Below, one piece after another: positions 8,911-18,361 of a stretch of 64,000 bases of DNA (the stretch's first letter is position 1; every line of letters begins with the position of its first letter). The position numbers and the translations under genes were made by a program. The notes beneath the pieces are model-generated. The model was not told where the DNA came from. It searched no databases and saw only the letters and a list, made by a program, of their open reading frames with translations. Source of the DNA: Bacilli bacterium (GTDB lineage Bacteria > Bacillota_I > Bacilli_A > RF39 > UBA660); contig JAFTRC010000056.1 in NCBI GenBank assembly GCA_017462455.1, positions 12,078-76,077 on the forward strand, given 5' to 3'.

Positions 8911-9786
8911 TCAATTGTTCAATAAATTTTTTATAAAGGTTTTACTTGCAAAAGTTAAAGATATTGATTTATTAGTTGCCAAATATACATTTATATTTGG
9001 TATTTTTCTGTTTATTTTTAATTCTTCTAAATCTTTGAAATTTTTATTTGCTAAATCAATTATAACAAATCCAATGCCTAATCCAATATTAGTAAATTCA
9101 GTTATTAAATCTTGACTAACAACTTCCATTTTTGGAATAAGTTTAACATTATTTTGAAGAGAAATATAATCTAAAAGTTTTCTGCTATTTGATTCTTCTT
9201 TTTGTAATATAAGTGGATAATTATTTAAGTCTTTAAAATCTTTTATATTATCTTTATAAAATAATGGATTATAAATAAATCCTTGTTTTAGTTCTTTTAC
9301 TTTTTTTAAATCTAAATTTTTTTCTTTTATATTACTTTCATTAAATATTACAAAGTCTAACTTTCCTAATTTTAAATCATTTATTAAATTACTGGTTAAG
9401 TCATTTGTAATATGGACGTTTATATTTGGATAATTAGAGTGAAATTTTTTTAAAGCGTCAAGTAAAACTAATTTTGTTAGAGTAGTAGAACATCCTATTT
9501 TTATTTCACCTTTAGATAAATCTTTAAATGATGTAAATTCGTTTTCGGCGTTGTTTATAAGTTCTAGTGCTCCCTTAACATATTCATAAAACATTTTTCC
9601 TTCTTCAGTTAGTTCCATTCCTTTATTACTTCTTAGAAATAACGTTCCACCTAATTGATCTTCAAGTTTCTTTATTGATTGTGATATTGCAGGTTGTGAA
9701 ATATGTAGTTCTTCACTAGCTTTAGTCATATGTTTATTTTTCGCAACTACATAAAAAACTCTATATAATTCTAAATCTATATTCAT
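8911..9786 (-). CDS. LysR-family transcriptional regulator
   Basis: N-terminal HTH MTKASEELHISQPAISQSIKKLEDQLGGTLFLR plus a substrate-binding domain of typical length. Confidence 0.9.
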   Translation of the reverse strand: MNIDLELYRVFYVVAKNKHMTKASEELHISQPAISQSIKKLEDQLGGTLFLRSNKGMELTEEGKMFYEYVKGALELINNAENEFTSFKDLSKGEIKIGCSTTLTKLVLLDALKKFHSNYPNINVHITNDLTSNLINDLKLGKLDFVIFNESNIKEKNLDLKKVKELKQGFIYNPLFYKDNIKDFKDLNNYPLILQKEESNSRKLLDYISLQNNVKLIPKMEVVSQDLITEFTNIGLGIGFVIIDLANKNFKDLEELKINRKIPNINVYLATNKSISLTFASKTFIKNLLNN

Positions 9787-9877
9787 TATAAGCCCTCCTT
9801 ATCAATATCATAACATAAATATATTATACTTATCAATAGTTTAGTGATAAAATGTAAGTGAATGGAGGAACAATATT

Positions 9878-11299
9878 ATGAATTATGAAGTAATTAAAAG
9901 TGAATTTATAAAATTGAAAAAGGAAGAATTAGAATATATTGATAAAATAGCAAAAATCAGTAACAATAAAATACTATCAGAATATGAAAAACTTGAAATA
10001 TATAGAACTCTAAATAATTATAAAGTTAAATTATCAGAAAATTTAAAAGAACTTTTTAAAGAATTTATCAAAGATAAAAAATCTAAAGATTTAAATTATG
10101 AAGAAATAATTATTGAATTTGATATAGATAAAAATTTTTTATCTTCGGTAAAATTTGATTATGAACGACAAAAACAACGTATACTGGGAAAATTAGGAAT
10201 AGATTACAAAACTTTAAACTTTGTATTAACTTTACATGATTTTTTATATATTCGAGAGGGATATATTGGAATTGATTCTGATGTAATACAAAACGAGCAA
10301 AAATTAATAGAAAAGCCAATATACATTTTTTGTGGGATTTATGATGGTCGTGAAGATTGTTATGGACCTTGTTTTGGAGATGAAGAGGGTTATCTTTATG
10401 GAATATACGAAGATATATGTGGTAAATATGGAGATAAAAAAGAAATTCCTAAAAAAGGAATAAGTGAATTTGAAAAGAATAAAATTATTATTCACTCAAA
10501 GAGATATGTATATTCACATGAAATAAAAAAAATATTTAAAGAAGAATTATTAAATACAAAAAACAAAACAATAAATGATTGTGTTAAAGAAACAAAAAAT
10601 AGAATTGAAGAATTGAGTTATGTTAGAAGTCCAGAATATAAAGAAAAAGTACTATTAGATAGAATTAATGAATTATATAAAACAGTTAAAGGAGAATTTA
10701 TACAAAAAGAAATCTTGTATAGTGGTAATTTTCTTGATATTTTAAAAGAAACATATAAATTACCAAATGAAACTACAGTTCAAAAAGAAAAAATAGTAAA
10801 AAATAATGGTAAAAATTCTGTAATAGTAATTTCAATAACTCAAGATAAAGAGTACATAATTACTTTTCAAAATAGAATTAAAGATAAAATAATTGCAGAG
10901 TTTCCATCTGGATACATAGAAAATAATGAGGATATAATAGAAGCTGCAAAAAGAGAATTAAAAGAAGAGACAGGTTATATTACTGATGATTTATTTATAG
11001 TTGATGAAGCCTATACATCACCAGGTATTGATAATTCAATTACATATATAGTAGTAGCTAATAATTGTATTAAATTGGAAGAAAAAAATGTTAATAGTAC
11101 TGAATTTATAAGTTATGGATTATTTAAAGAAAATGAATTAGAATATTTAATAAATAAAAATATAATGAATGGAGCTATGAATAAATTAGCATATTACAAT
11201 TTAATTAATAATGTTGCTGATTGCAATGTCGTTTATGTAAAAAGTAATAAACACGTATATAAGAAACAAAAACAAAAAACAAATCCATTAGATAATTGA
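9878..11299 (+). CDS. Nudix hydrolase fused to an uncharacterised ~290-aa N-terminal domain
   Basis: Perfect Nudix box GYIENNEDIIEAAKRELKEETGY (Gx5Ex7REx2EExG) in the C-terminal third. The N-terminal part has no motif I recognise. Confidence 0.8.
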   Translation: MNYEVIKSEFIKLKKEELEYIDKIAKISNNKILSEYEKLEIYRTLNNYKVKLSENLKELFKEFIKDKKSKDLNYEEIIIEFDIDKNFLSSVKFDYERQKQRILGKLGIDYKTLNFVLTLHDFLYIREGYIGIDSDVIQNEQKLIEKPIYIFCGIYDGREDCYGPCFGDEEGYLYGIYEDICGKYGDKKEIPKKGISEFEKNKIIIHSKRYVYSHEIKKIFKEELLNTKNKTINDCVKETKNRIEELSYVRSPEYKEKVLLDRINELYKTVKGEFIQKEILYSGNFLDILKETYKLPNETTVQKEKIVKNNGKNSVIVISITQDKEYIITFQNRIKDKIIAEFPSGYIENNEDIIEAAKRELKEETGYITDDLFIVDEAYTSPGIDNSITYIVVANNCIKLEEKNVNSTEFISYGLFKENELEYLINKNIMNGAMNKLAYYNLINNVADCNVVYVKSNKHVYKKQKQKTNPLDN

Positions 11300-11406
11300 A
11301 AATAATATAAACATATAAAAAAATTGGTAAATAAATGCTAATTTTTTTATATAACATTATAATTTTGATTTTATTTTTTGGTATTTAAAAACTCGAACTT
11401 CAAAAG

Positions 11407-11553
11407 GTTCGAGTAATTATCAATCTGGTGCGGTAAAACCACAGCTTACGAATGTTGTTCTCTTTCTAAAAACATTATAAATTAATAAAAAAAATCAACA
11501 TATACTATTGATACAAGAATATATGTTTGGTATAATATTGATAGATAAATTTG
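11407..11553. repeat. ~150-bp direct repeat, copy 2 (promoter cassette)
   Basis: Matches 8479-8630. Confidence 0.9.
11508..11536 (+). promoter_or_regulatory. sigma-A-type promoter, TTGATA-17 nt-TATAAT with TGg, second copy
   Basis: TTGATA at 11508-11513 and TATAAT at 11531-11536. Lies upstream of the Bro-N gene. Confidence 0.7.
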
Positions 11554-11588
11554 TCAAACACATAATATGTTAAATTAGGAGGTTTTTT

Positions 11589-12443
11589 ATGAATCTAGAA
11601 TTAAAAGAAGAAAATAAAGATTTAGTTTTGTTTGAAAATAATAAAATAAGAAGACAAGAATATAAGGGGGAATGGTATTATTCTATTGTTGATATTATTG
11701 AAGTATTGACGGAGAGTGTTAATCCAAGAGACTATTGGTATAAAATAAAAAAAAGAATGGAAGAAGAAGAGTTATCTGAACTGTCGACAAATTGTCGACG
11801 TTTGAAAATGTTTGCTAAAGATGGTAAAATGCGTGAAACTGATTGTGCCAACAGGGAAACTATATTCAGATTAATTCAATCAATTCCGTCTCCTAAAGCT
11901 GAACCATTTAAACTTTGGTTTGCAAGATTAGCAGAAGAAAGAATACAAGAGGTTATTAATCCTGAATTGGCTTTTGATAGGGCTAGACAAACGTTTTTGA
12001 AAAAAGGTTATTCTGCTGATTGGGTTAATGCTAGAATTAAAGGAATTCCGGCAAGAAATGAGTTAACTAATGAATGGAAAAACCGTGGTGTAACTGACTC
12101 AAGGGATTTTGCTATTTTAACAGATGAAATTAGCTATGGAACTTTTGGAATAACTACATCTCAACATAAACAATTAAAAAAATTAGATAAAAAGCAAAAT
12201 TTAAGAGATCATATGTCTCCTGTAGAATTAGTATTAACTGCTCTTGGCGAAGTAACAACTACAGAATTGCATAGAGCAAGAGATTCTCAAGGTATGAATG
12301 AATTGATGACAGATGCTTATGATGGAGGAGAAATAGCTTCTATTACTAGGAAAAATATTGAAACTAAAACAGGTAGACCTGTATTAACATCACAAAATGC
12401 AATTGATTTTAAAAAAGAAAAAGAATTAATTCAAAATAAATAA
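11589..12443 (+). CDS. Bro-N domain protein (phage antirepressor/DinD-like family)
   Basis: N-terminal FENNKIRRQEYKGEWYYSIVDIIEVLTES, then PSPKAEPFKLWFARLAEERIQE, which is typical of BRO-N family proteins. GGAGG RBS. Confidence 0.7.
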   Translation: MNLELKEENKDLVLFENNKIRRQEYKGEWYYSIVDIIEVLTESVNPRDYWYKIKKRMEEEELSELSTNCRRLKMFAKDGKMRETDCANRETIFRLIQSIPSPKAEPFKLWFARLAEERIQEVINPELAFDRARQTFLKKGYSADWVNARIKGIPARNELTNEWKNRGVTDSRDFAILTDEISYGTFGITTSQHKQLKKLDKKQNLRDHMSPVELVLTALGEVTTTELHRARDSQGMNELMTDAYDGGEIASITRKNIETKTGRPVLTSQNAIDFKKEKELIQNK

Positions 12444-12450
12444 TTTTATA

Positions 12451-12496
12451 AAAATGCACAATATTTTGGAAATACTGTGCATTTTTATATTTTTTT
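12451..12496 (+). terminator. Rho-independent terminator after the Bro-N gene
   Basis: aaaatgcacaatat / atactgtgcatttt forms a stem with one mismatch, followed by a T-run. Confidence 0.6.
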
Positions 12497-12784
12497 GGAT
12501 AATTCTTCACAATTATTGTGCATTTTACTTTTTTATATTCCTTATTTGCACAACCATTGCAATTATCGAATGTTATTTCTTTTTTAGTAGATTACAGTAT
12601 AAGAATCTTCTTCCTTTTTTAGTTTTAATTTTTAGGTTTATACAATTCATATAAAATCTGCTTTAGCTTACAATTTTGTACTCCAGATGTACTCCGAAGT
12701 ACACGAAATTGACGGAAAATAGAGTACAAATGCGGAATTACGGTAATAAAAAAACCTTATTTTATAAGGGATTAGTGTTTAAAA

Positions 12785-12871
12785 TGGTGCCTGTGGTCGG
12801 ACTCGAACCGACACGATATTGCTATCATTGGATTTTGAATCCAACGCGTCTACCAATTTCACCACACAGGC
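12785..12871 (-). tRNA. tRNA-Leu (anticodon CAA), type II with long variable arm, CCA encoded
   Basis: The reverse complement reads gcctgtg-tggtgaaattggtag...ttgga-ttCAAaa-tccaa...gttcgagtccgac-cacaggc-acca. Acceptor, anticodon and T arms all pair. Length 87 nt. Confidence 0.9.
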
Positions 12872-12917
12872 AGTAATTAAATTATACCACAAATTGATAT
12901 AATTTTATACTATTTTT

Positions 12918-13472
12918 TTAAATTTCTTCTTTATATCTAGATTCAAACAATCCTTCTTCAGTATCTTCTTGTTCTATAGGTTCTATTCTAGGTAAATCTT
13001 CAACACTTCCTAAACCAAAATAATCTAAGAATTTACTTGTTACTTTATATAGTCTAGGTTTACCAGGAGCATCTGATCTACCATCTTCTTCAATAAGCCC
13101 TTTTAAAAGTAATTTTCTAACTACATATGAACTATTAACTCCCCTAATATCATCTACATCTACTCTAGTAATAGGACCATTATAAGCTATAATAGCTAGG
13201 GTTTCTAAAGCAGATTGACTAAGCGGAGCATTCTCTTCAATATTCGTTAATTTTTTATAATAGTTTTTGTGTTCTTGTTTTGTAGTTAATTTAAAGTGAT
13301 TACCTAAAAATTCTATTTGGATACCTCTATCTATATTTTCGTAATCAGTATATAATTCTTTAATAATTTTTTTAGTTTCTTCATTATCAAGTTCAATAAG
13401 TTTAGATATTTCGTCTAAAGTAAGACCATCCTCACCACTTAAAAATAATAATCCTTCTATTATTGCTTTCAT
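12918..13472 (-). CDS. scpB: segregation and condensation protein B
   Basis: IEGLLFLSGEDGLTLDEI N-terminus, overlap with scpA, and typical length. Confidence 0.9.
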   Translation of the reverse strand: MKAIIEGLLFLSGEDGLTLDEISKLIELDNEETKKIIKELYTDYENIDRGIQIEFLGNHFKLTTKQEHKNYYKKLTNIEENAPLSQSALETLAIIAYNGPITRVDVDDIRGVNSSYVVRKLLLKGLIEEDGRSDAPGKPRLYKVTSKFLDYFGLGSVEDLPRIEPIEQEDTEEGLFESRYKEEI

Positions 13473-14200
13473 TTAACACCTTTTTCTTTAATAATAATAT
13501 CTTTAAAATTATTTTCTTGTTCTATTTCTATTTCTTGTTTTCTAGATAGAGCTAAAATAGATAAAAAAGTAACAACAACGTATTCTTTTGTAATAACTTC
13601 AAATAATTCTATAAAATTAACTCTTTTTCTTTCTTTTAATATACTTTTAATTTCATAACTTCTTTTAGAAACACTATATTCTTTAGTAGAAATCTTAGTA
13701 TTTAAAGGTTTATCTAATTCTTTTTGTTCTAAGAATTTAGAAAAAGCTTTAAGTAAATCATTTAAATCAACACCATAATCTATATTTGGATTTTCTTCTT
13801 GATAATCTAATAAATTATTTGGTTCTTTAGTATAAACTTCATGTCTAAATGCTTCTAAATCTTTAAACGTTTCTGTAATATTTTTATATTGTTCATATTC
13901 TAATAATCTTTCAATTAATTTTTTCTTTGGATCTTCTTCAAATTCGTCATCTTCTGCTTGTTCTATTGGAAGAAGTGACGCTGATTTCATTTCTATAAGT
14001 TCAGCTGCCATAACTAAATATTCTGAAGCTATATCTAAATTCATTTGTTCCATTTTTTCTATATAATTTAAATATTGTTTTGTTATTTCATCAATACTTA
14101 TTTCATAAATATTAATATTTTCTTTTTTTATTAAGTGCAGTAATAGGTCTAAAGGACCATTAAAGTTATCTATTGTTACTTCATATGTCATAAGTATCAC
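13469..14200 (-). CDS. scpA: segregation and condensation protein A
   Basis: FNGPLDLLLHLIKKENINIYEISIDEITKQYL signature at the N-terminus. Confidence 0.9.
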   Translation of the reverse strand: MILMTYEVTIDNFNGPLDLLLHLIKKENINIYEISIDEITKQYLNYIEKMEQMNLDIASEYLVMAAELIEMKSASLLPIEQAEDDEFEEDPKKKLIERLLEYEQYKNITETFKDLEAFRHEVYTKEPNNLLDYQEENPNIDYGVDLNDLLKAFSKFLEQKELDKPLNTKISTKEYSVSKRSYEIKSILKERKRVNFIELFEVITKEYVVVTFLSILALSRKQEIEIEQENNFKDIIIKEKGVK

Positions 14201-14254
14201 TCCAAAGATATTATAATAGATTTTAAAAAATAATACAAGTATTCATAAATTTCA

Positions 14255-14283
14255 TTGAGTATTTTTAAGAGATATGTTATAAT
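14255..14283 (+). promoter_or_regulatory. sigma-A-type promoter TTGAGT-17 nt-TATAAT with TGt extension, at the head of the 25-kb locus
   Basis: TTGAGT at 14255-14260 and TGtTATAAT at 14275-14283. An AGGTGA RBS and the ATG at 14310 follow. Confidence 0.6.
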
Positions 14284-14309
14284 TGATTATAGTAAAAGTA
14301 GGTGAAACT

Positions 14310-14375
14310 ATGAAGGGATTTTTTAAATTAATTTTAGTATTTATTTTTTACATTTTTTATTATAGATATTTGTAG
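14310..14375 (+). other. short ORF encoding a signal-peptide-like N-terminus (MKGFFKLILVFIFYIFYYRYL*), out of frame with the large ORF that follows
   Basis: Good RBS (AGGTGA) and promoter. Two T6 tracts at 14344-14349 and 14353-14358. Loss of one T fuses it to the 14386 ORF. Confidence 0.6.
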
Positions 14376-14385
14376 TGTACGTGCT

Positions 14386-16716
14386 GTGGATTATAATGGA
14401 AGCGGTGGTAGTACAAACGGAGGAGGTTCCTTGGGAACGGGATCTTGGAAATTTGGTAAAGGACTTACTGGTATAAAAATTACATTAACTGATGGTCAAA
14501 GAAATAGTGAGAAAAATCCTCTTTGTAGTTTTGATGTAACTAGAGCAGAATTAGAGGATTATTATAATTTTACCGATATTAATAAATGGTGGACTTCATC
14601 TGATTCGGTAAATTCAACTTATTTATATTCTTATTTAAATATTCCATATAGTTCTAATTCTGGTAATTATAATAGTTTATTATGGTTTATTCAAAGTTAT
14701 TGTGCTCCTGTAACAATTACTAACGATACTTTTATTTATATTGAGCCTTTTGCCTCTAAAGGAAATACTCTTTATACGTTACACCAATTATTAATTAATG
14801 GTCCTGAATCAAATGATGGGGCAGCGGCAAGAATTTTAGCTAATGCAGCTTCTACTGGTACTTCTATTGGAGTTTATACAGCTGTAAGTGGTAGTTGCAC
14901 TAAAGATTCTTGGATTGGTGGAAAACGTTGTGGAGTAAATACATATGGCGGAAATGGATATGGTGTTATTGAAATAAAAGCAAGTGAAATTCAAAATTGG
15001 GATCCACCTAAGCCTGTCCCAGACATTCAACCAATAAATATGGTTATAACAAAGCTAGATACAAATGGAAATCCTATTTCAGGAGTTACTTTTACTTTAA
15101 CTTATTTAGCCAATAAAACTACTATGACTGCCACAACTAATTCAGACGGTGTGGTTACATTTAATGATTTGACATCTGCTTATTCGGATAATACAGCTAA
15201 TCCAGTTTATACATTGACCGAGACTGTACCTAGTGGATATAATCCTGAAAGTTCTGTTTTGCATTATGAGGATTATGGTATAGGAAATAGAGCTCCAGAT
15301 GATACTACTAGTACAACATCTGTGTGGAATATATATGTTGTAGATAAAAGTAGGTTTTTAACTGTACAGAATGAAAAAACTTGTATTTCTGAATTTAATT
15401 CAATAGATAAAAATGATTTATCCGAAAGAATTAGATTATATAAAACATATAAAAGTTCTGATAACATGTATTTAAATAATTTGCTTAATTTAAACATAAC
15501 AGATGCTGATACAGCTTGTAGTTATAAAGCTTGTAATCAATCTATTGATTCTGGGTGTTTAGCTATAACCAATGTGACAACAAATCAAAAAGATTTTTCT
15601 TGTTATGATTTTATGGTTAATAATGAAGATATATATTGTTTTTCAAATTTTGATTTACAAAACTTGTTTTCGGGTTCACCAAGTAGAGGAACTTATCAAT
15701 TTGGTCAAAGCAAAACGTTATTTGCTGGGCAACTTATAACAAACTTGCAGAATGCTGCTCAGTTAACCTTAGATATATACTGTTATTCCTCTAATGATGT
15801 AGGCGATTCACTAAATATTAATAAAAAATATAGTGATTTTATTTCAAAGATAACTTTTAAATATGATGATCTGGAATTAGGCTATGAAAATAAAAATAAT
15901 AGTATAGTATTAACAAATAAATCAAGTAATTATGGAGGATATGTATATTCTTCAAACACTACTTCGTATTTTACTTTTCCTAAAGTATATTCTCATATTG
16001 TAGATGGGAAAATAAAATATGATATAACAAATGAAGAAAAGAACTCTGGACGATATAGAGAGTTGGGTTATGGTTTGGCTAGTAAATTAGATGATGTTAT
16101 GAAAAATAATAAAGAAATAGATATAAAATATTCTGTTTATTTTGGGGAAACTGTAACAGTTAGAGATAGTTATAGTAATGTTGGGGATAATGACAAATAT
16201 ACAGATTCTAATTCTTGTAGCTATATTTTGAAAAATAATATAATAGAAAATCCTGGAGACCCAAATAATCCTGAAGAATTAAATCTAGAATTCAGATTAA
16301 TAGATGGTACCATTTCTGATAGTTCTCAATCATCAACTATAAATTTATTTCCCGGAAAATTAGGTAACGGAAGAAAAGTAGGAAGCAATTGGTGTAAACA
16401 TAATATAACGGCTTGTGCTAGTAATGATAAATTTACATATGATGAAATTAATATGGAGCCTGTCACAAATGGAATAAATAGCTATGGTATAAAACCTAGT
16501 GATGGTTCTGCTTATAAAGCTAAGTATACAATAGAACTTGATGCATCAACTATACAAAAAATTAGAACTTATAATGATAGTGTAGGTTATGATGAGTATG
16601 ATTTAACTTGTGATGAGAATGGCAACTGTGAAAAAAGTAAATTTTTAATGGATACTAGTATTTGGAATTCTGATAATTTAGAAATAATTACAGATGAATC
16701 TGCTAGAAGAAGATAG
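14386..16716 (+). CDS. large Cys-containing surface protein with SpaA/Cna-B-type fold region (adhesin-like); apparently frameshifted away from its signal peptide
   Basis: VITKLDTNGNPISGVTFTLT...TTNSDGVVTFNDL...YTLTETVPSGYNPE matches the prealbumin-like SpaA/Cna-B repeat pattern. The GTG start at 14386 has no RBS. Confidence 0.65.
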   Translation: MDYNGSGGSTNGGGSLGTGSWKFGKGLTGIKITLTDGQRNSEKNPLCSFDVTRAELEDYYNFTDINKWWTSSDSVNSTYLYSYLNIPYSSNSGNYNSLLWFIQSYCAPVTITNDTFIYIEPFASKGNTLYTLHQLLINGPESNDGAAARILANAASTGTSIGVYTAVSGSCTKDSWIGGKRCGVNTYGGNGYGVIEIKASEIQNWDPPKPVPDIQPINMVITKLDTNGNPISGVTFTLTYLANKTTMTATTNSDGVVTFNDLTSAYSDNTANPVYTLTETVPSGYNPESSVLHYEDYGIGNRAPDDTTSTTSVWNIYVVDKSRFLTVQNEKTCISEFNSIDKNDLSERIRLYKTYKSSDNMYLNNLLNLNITDADTACSYKACNQSIDSGCLAITNVTTNQKDFSCYDFMVNNEDIYCFSNFDLQNLFSGSPSRGTYQFGQSKTLFAGQLITNLQNAAQLTLDIYCYSSNDVGDSLNINKKYSDFISKITFKYDDLELGYENKNNSIVLTNKSSNYGGYVYSSNTTSYFTFPKVYSHIVDGKIKYDITNEEKNSGRYRELGYGLASKLDDVMKNNKEIDIKYSVYFGETVTVRDSYSNVGDNDKYTDSNSCSYILKNNIIENPGDPNNPEELNLEFRLIDGTISDSSQSSTINLFPGKLGNGRKVGSNWCKHNITACASNDKFTYDEINMEPVTNGINSYGIKPSDGSAYKAKYTIELDASTIQKIRTYNDSVGYDEYDLTCDENGNCEKSKFLMDTSIWNSDNLEIITDESARRR

Positions 16717-16779
16717 TTTTAAAATAAACTATCTTTATTTTTTGTCTAATTTATTATATAATTTATATGATAGAAGGGA

Positions 16780-18354
16780 ATGGATAGTATGATATTAAAG
16801 AAACCTTATGCATTTTTTATTAAGATGTTTAAACCAATTCACCTTATATTAGCTATTTTAACAGCTTATTTAATTTATTTAGATAATAAAATATTAACAT
16901 TTTTTAATGAGTATATATATTCAAATATCAATGTTGTTGGAGAAAATATTAGTGAAAATTTAGTTAATAATTTTCTTTATATAATACCTATAATAATTAT
17001 TGTTTTTTCAATGATTATATTTGGAATAATGTATAATAAAAAGAAACCTACTTTATTTTATATATTTAATATACTAGCATTTATCGTAGTTATAATAATA
17101 AATATATATACAATTAGTTTTATAAATGTATTGGAGAAAAGTGTTGTTTCTATAAAAATGGTTAAATTAATTCATGATTTGGTTGTTATAAATATGGGGC
17201 TATCTAGTTTATCTTTTGTATTTCTTATTATAAGAGGTATAGGTATTAATTTTAAAAAATTTAGTTTTGATAATGATATATCTAAAATGGATATAACTGA
17301 AAGTGATAAAGAGGAATTTGAAGTTAACATAAATATTGATATTGATGAGAAAAAAAGGCAAAGAAAAGAAAAATTTAGAAAGTTAAAATATTCATATGTA
17401 GAAAATAAATTTTTAATTAATTTATGCATTATTATAGTTTTGGTTGTTATAGTGATTGCTACAATATTAATAATAAATTTACGTAATAAAGAAAATGTTG
17501 AGGGTAATATTTATAGTGTTTCTACATTTAATTTTGGAGTAACTTCAACAACTATACTTAATACTGATTATAAAGGTAATACAATAACTGATGAATATTT
17601 AATAGTTGTAGATACTAAACTTATGTCTAATTATTCTGGAAAATCATTATATTTGAAAGATTTTAGTTTGAGAATAGGTGAAGCTATTTTTAAACCTACA
17701 AAGAAGTATTCTGAGAATTTAAAAGATTTAGGAACGCTTTATGATGGACAAAATTTAGAAAATCAATTTAATAATTATTTATTTGTATATGAAATATCAG
17801 AAAAATATATAGAAAGTGATATGTATTTTAGCTATAGTGATCAAGGAAAAAATATAAGTATAAAATTAAATCCTAAAGAAATTATTAGTACTGAAATATC
17901 AGTTACAAAACAAATGAATGAAGAAATATCTTTTGAGGATTCTTTAGGAAATATTAAGTTTAAGATTAATGAATATGAAATTAAGGACAAATATTTGATT
18001 GAGTATAATTATTGCATAAAAGATAATGATTGTTTGTTATCTCGCGAATATTTGAATCCTACAATAAATAAAAACTTTGATAAGACTATATTAAGATTGG
18101 GTGTAGAATATAGTTCAAATACTAATTTAGATATAAATACTTTTTATAAATTTTTCTCACAATTTGGATCTATTAGTTATAAAATAGGTGATAATTGGTA
18201 TGAACAAAGTAGTTCTTTCGAAGAAATAAAAAGTAATAAAGTAAGTGATAAAGTCAATACTTATATAGGTGTAAATGAAGTAATAATGAATGCAGAATCT
18301 ATTAAGTTAGTATTTAATATTAGAGGAGCTAAGTACGAATACGTATTAAAGTAG
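16780..18354 (+). CDS. polytopic membrane protein with large C-terminal extracytoplasmic domain, unknown function
   Basis: About 5 N-terminal TM helices, a charged linker, a further TM helix (LCIIIVLVVIVIATILII), then about 290 aa of soluble domain. Confidence 0.55.
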   Translation: MDSMILKKPYAFFIKMFKPIHLILAILTAYLIYLDNKILTFFNEYIYSNINVVGENISENLVNNFLYIIPIIIIVFSMIIFGIMYNKKKPTLFYIFNILAFIVVIIINIYTISFINVLEKSVVSIKMVKLIHDLVVINMGLSSLSFVFLIIRGIGINFKKFSFDNDISKMDITESDKEEFEVNINIDIDEKKRQRKEKFRKLKYSYVENKFLINLCIIIVLVVIVIATILIINLRNKENVEGNIYSVSTFNFGVTSTTILNTDYKGNTITDEYLIVVDTKLMSNYSGKSLYLKDFSLRIGEAIFKPTKKYSENLKDLGTLYDGQNLENQFNNYLFVYEISEKYIESDMYFSYSDQGKNISIKLNPKEIISTEISVTKQMNEEISFEDSLGNIKFKINEYEIKDKYLIEYNYCIKDNDCLLSREYLNPTINKNFDKTILRLGVEYSSNTNLDINTFYKFFSQFGSISYKIGDNWYEQSSSFEEIKSNKVSDKVNTYIGVNEVIMNAESIKLVFNIRGAKYEYVLK

Positions 18355-18361
18355 GTGAGAT

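Noticed and set aside
8915-9115. 66-aa + strand ORF
   Set aside because: It is a shadow ORF antisense to the LysR gene.
10110-10495. Two minus-strand ORFs (69 and 63 aa)
   Set aside because: They are shadow ORFs antisense to the Nudix-fusion gene.
12454-12876. Two 66-aa + strand ORFs (12454-12654 and 12676-12876)
   Set aside because: The first is a poly-F/I low-complexity ORF inside and after a terminator. The second runs antisense through the tRNA-Leu gene. Neither has an RBS.
14836-15497. Minus-strand ORFs inside the adhesin-like gene
   Set aside because: They are shadow ORFs.
17172-17429. 85-aa minus-strand ORF
   Set aside because: It is a shadow ORF inside the 16780 membrane-protein gene.
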